Source: Octopus sinensis
Taxonomy: Eukaryota
Assembly (NCBI RefSeq): GCF_006345805.1
Contig: NW_021827781.1
Coordinates: 1 to 9,688 of the forward strand
Length of the DNA: 9,688 bases
Reading direction: 5' to 3'
The notes under the pieces were generated by a model. The model saw nothing but the letters and a program-made list of their open reading frames with translations. It ran no database searches and was not told where the DNA came from. Position 1 is the first letter of the stretch. Each line of letters begins with the position of its first letter. Shown in pieces: positions 7,989 to 9,688 of the stretch. A program made the position numbers and the translations under genes.

Positions 7989-8185
7989 GTGCGTGCGTGT
8001 TTGTGTTTGACACTATCACTTGGGAATCGGTGTTAGATGCATCACCGTAGCTTTGCAGTTCCGCAAAAGAAATGAGCAAAATAAGGACTAAGTTTTAAAA
8101 AATTAAACAAATATTGTGTGTCGACTTGTTCGACGAAACCCTTAAAGGCGATGCCGAAGTCCAATGACAAATAAGTGAAGGATAA
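7577..8185 (+). mobile_element. SINE family B, 5'-truncated, with ~390-nt internal microsatellite expansion (~7614-8008)
   Basis: Starts TGGATTTGGTAGACGGAAACAGAAAGAA (matches end of 873-1013), passes through TA/TG/GA/GACA runs, resumes with complex sequence (ATCACTTGGGAATCGG...GCAAAAGA...GTCGACTTGTTCGAC..CCCTTAAAGGCG..TCCAATGAC) that I recognise as the 3' body of this family. Confidence 0.7.
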
Positions 8186-8333
8186 GACACAGAAAGAATC
8201 ACTGAAACATCACTTTACATTCGGAAATAACAATGTTGCATACAGCACAGGAACATAGCAGAGCAATAAAAAATTTCAGAAGAATTATTAAAATACGATC
8301 TTATTAGGAATATTGATATGACGTAATAATATT

Positions 8334-8353
8334 GGTTTCTAATTTTGGCACAG
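8334..8353 (-). mobile_element. SINE family A 3'-tip remnant (20 bp)
   Basis: GGTTTCTAATTTTGGCACAG matches the reverse complement of 2477-2496 (GGTTTCAAATTTTGGCACAA) at 18/20, flanked by TAATAATATT. Confidence 0.55.
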
Positions 8354-8869
8354 GAACACAGAAATATTTGTGAATTCCGTTGCTGAGATAAAAATCACTA
8401 AATCAATAAATATTCAATATAGATTCAGCATAAAAGACTTAAAGGAAATTTAGCAAATACGAATTGATATTCCAGCATCAAGTCTCATACTATTCTACAG
8501 AATGTCATAGAATGTCATAGAGAGATCGTTTCTCTAATTCCATTGTCCTTTGTCACAAGACATTTTGATTTATGGTGTCTTTCAATATTTCTATGACCTT
8601 ATTGTTTCCATTCTTCTCTTGCCATTTCTTCAGCGTTATCGGTCAAAATATGTCATTCCATTGTCTAGTTGTCAGTCTATTTTGTCTGTTTATTTCTACG
8701 TCTATCTTTCCCGCCAGATTATTCCATCAGGAGCTTTCTAGATTCGAAGATACAGATCTATATTTTTGATATGTACTCATTTCCCAACAACATATTCACC
8801 ACGGATGAAAAGTTCTATTTTCAGCTAAGCTTTTAATATTTTCAGCAAGTAACTGGTGGGATACATATA

Positions 8870-8992
8870 TATCTTATATTCATACATACATACATACATA
8901 CATACATACAACATACATACTACATACATACATACATACATACATACATACATACTACATGCATATACACACACACACACACACACCACCAC

Positions 8993-9036
<44 letters not shown>
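8870..9036. repeat. (TACA)n/(CA)n/(TA)21 compound microsatellite
   Basis: Direct reading; TA run 8995-9036. Confidence 0.96.
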
Positions 9037-9039
<3 letters not shown>

Positions 9040-9128
9040 TCCAAAAAGCGCAAACCCAACAAAAAAGCAACAACGCGAGGACGTGGTACATGTACTGTAT
9101 TAACAGACGCTGAGGAAATGAAAGAAAG
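9037..9128 (-). mobile_element. Subfamily 1 repeat, 3' part only (hammerhead region absent)
   Basis: CAACAACGCGAGGACGTGGTACA...GTATTAACAGACGCTGAGGAAA aligns with 3861-3908; minus-strand 3' end abuts (TA)21; homology stops just before the position of the ribozyme. Confidence 0.7.
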
Positions 9129-9327
9129 ATATGTGTGTGTGTGTCTGAATATTATATATATATATATTATATATATATATTATATATATATATATATATA
9201 TTATAGTATGTATGTGTGTATATAATCATATATATTATATATATAATATATCTAACATATATAATATATATAAATATATAATACATACCTAATACATACA
9301 TACTTACATACATACATACATATATAT
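9129..9327. repeat. Degenerate (TG)/(TA)/(TACA) microsatellite field
   Basis: Direct reading. Confidence 0.93.
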
Positions 9328-9545
9328 AGTTCGAATTTACAGAAAACGAAAAACGAAGACAGGTGAAGGAACAACAAGCAGGTGTAATAGGTTTAACGCT
9401 CGGGAAGAATGGAGACGCCTTTGATGTTTCGAGCCCACGCTATTCGACAGAAAAGACCAAGAGGGAAAAATCAGGGAGAGAGCGAAAAGTAAAGAAAGAA
9501 AAACGGAGAGAGAAAGAAATGTGTAAGGATACTGGTTCAACATGA
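9328..9545 (-). mobile_element. Non-coding hammerhead-bearing repeat, subfamily 2
   Basis: Shares ACAACAA, ACGCTC(A/G)GGAA and GTTTCGAGC...GCT.TTCG.C.GAAA with 3817-4000; flanked by TA-rich microsatellite on both sides. Confidence 0.65.
9418..9455 (-). ncRNA. Minimal type I hammerhead ribozyme-like motif (variant core)
   Basis: Minus strand: CUUUU-CUGUCGA-A-UAGC-GUGG-GCUC-GAAAC-AUC-AAAGG. Stem I 5 bp (one G.U), stem II 3 bp plus a mismatch, GAAA, NUH = AUC; core has A6>U and the stem III palindrome is broken (ACAU). Confidence 0.6.
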
Positions 9546-9617
9546 AATACATATACATATGCATATATATACACATTTATACATATATACACATATATAC
9601 GCATATACCTATATTAT

Positions 9618-9649
<32 letters not shown>

Positions 9650-9688
9650 ATATATATAAAACACATACATATGTGTAAATATACTCAT
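9546..9688. repeat. (TA)/(TACA) microsatellite field running to the window end
   Basis: Direct reading. Confidence 0.95.

Noticed and set aside
8499-8520. Tandem 10-bp duplication AGAATGTCAT x2
   Set aside because: Ordinary slippage duplication with no further structure.
475-8632. Other CTGANGA heptamers (475-481 plus; ~556-562, ~5870-5876, ~8626-8632 minus)
   Set aside because: No properly placed stem II plus GAAA plus NUH and stem I; consistent with chance occurrence.
8440-8800. Faint RTE-like peptide fragments on the minus strand (GKIDVEINR, YET*) and a strong-looking acceptor at ~8718
   Set aside because: Requires too many frameshifts; motifs are not convincingly ordered and no good donor was found.
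2094-9576. Supplied ORFs with poly-I/Y/L/N/H/T or alternating YI/CV/HT tracts, including the 268-aa ORF 4419-5225
   Set aside because: They are translations of microsatellites or SINEs with no domain signal; not called as CDS.
1-9688. CRISPR array, tRNA or rRNA genes
   Set aside because: No repeat-spacer periodicity; A/B-box sequences belong to SINE heads and do not give complete cloverleafs.

Overview
AT-rich, microsatellite-dense non-coding eukaryotic DNA (intronic or intergenic). From my recollection of the repeat families, not a database search, it is most likely Octopus/coleoid cephalopod. No intact protein-coding gene is supportable; nearly all supplied ORFs are translations of simple repeats. 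The window contains: (i) a decayed R4/Dong-clade non-LTR retrotransposon 3' part (late RT region, CCHC knuckle, restriction-like endonuclease remnant, 3' stem-loop, (TAA)n tail) at ~792-1789, interrupted by a SINE; (ii) six copies/fragments of one tRNA-type SINE ('family A') and two pieces of a second ('family B'); (iii) an orphan Tc2/pogo-like DNA transposon end; (iv) many simple repeats. Most interesting are short non-coding repeats abutting (TA)n tracts. Two carry minimal type I hammerhead ribozyme folds on the minus strand (3922-3956, 9418-9455), as described for Penelope-like elements and retrozymes. Both cores are mutated, so activity of these copies is doubtful.
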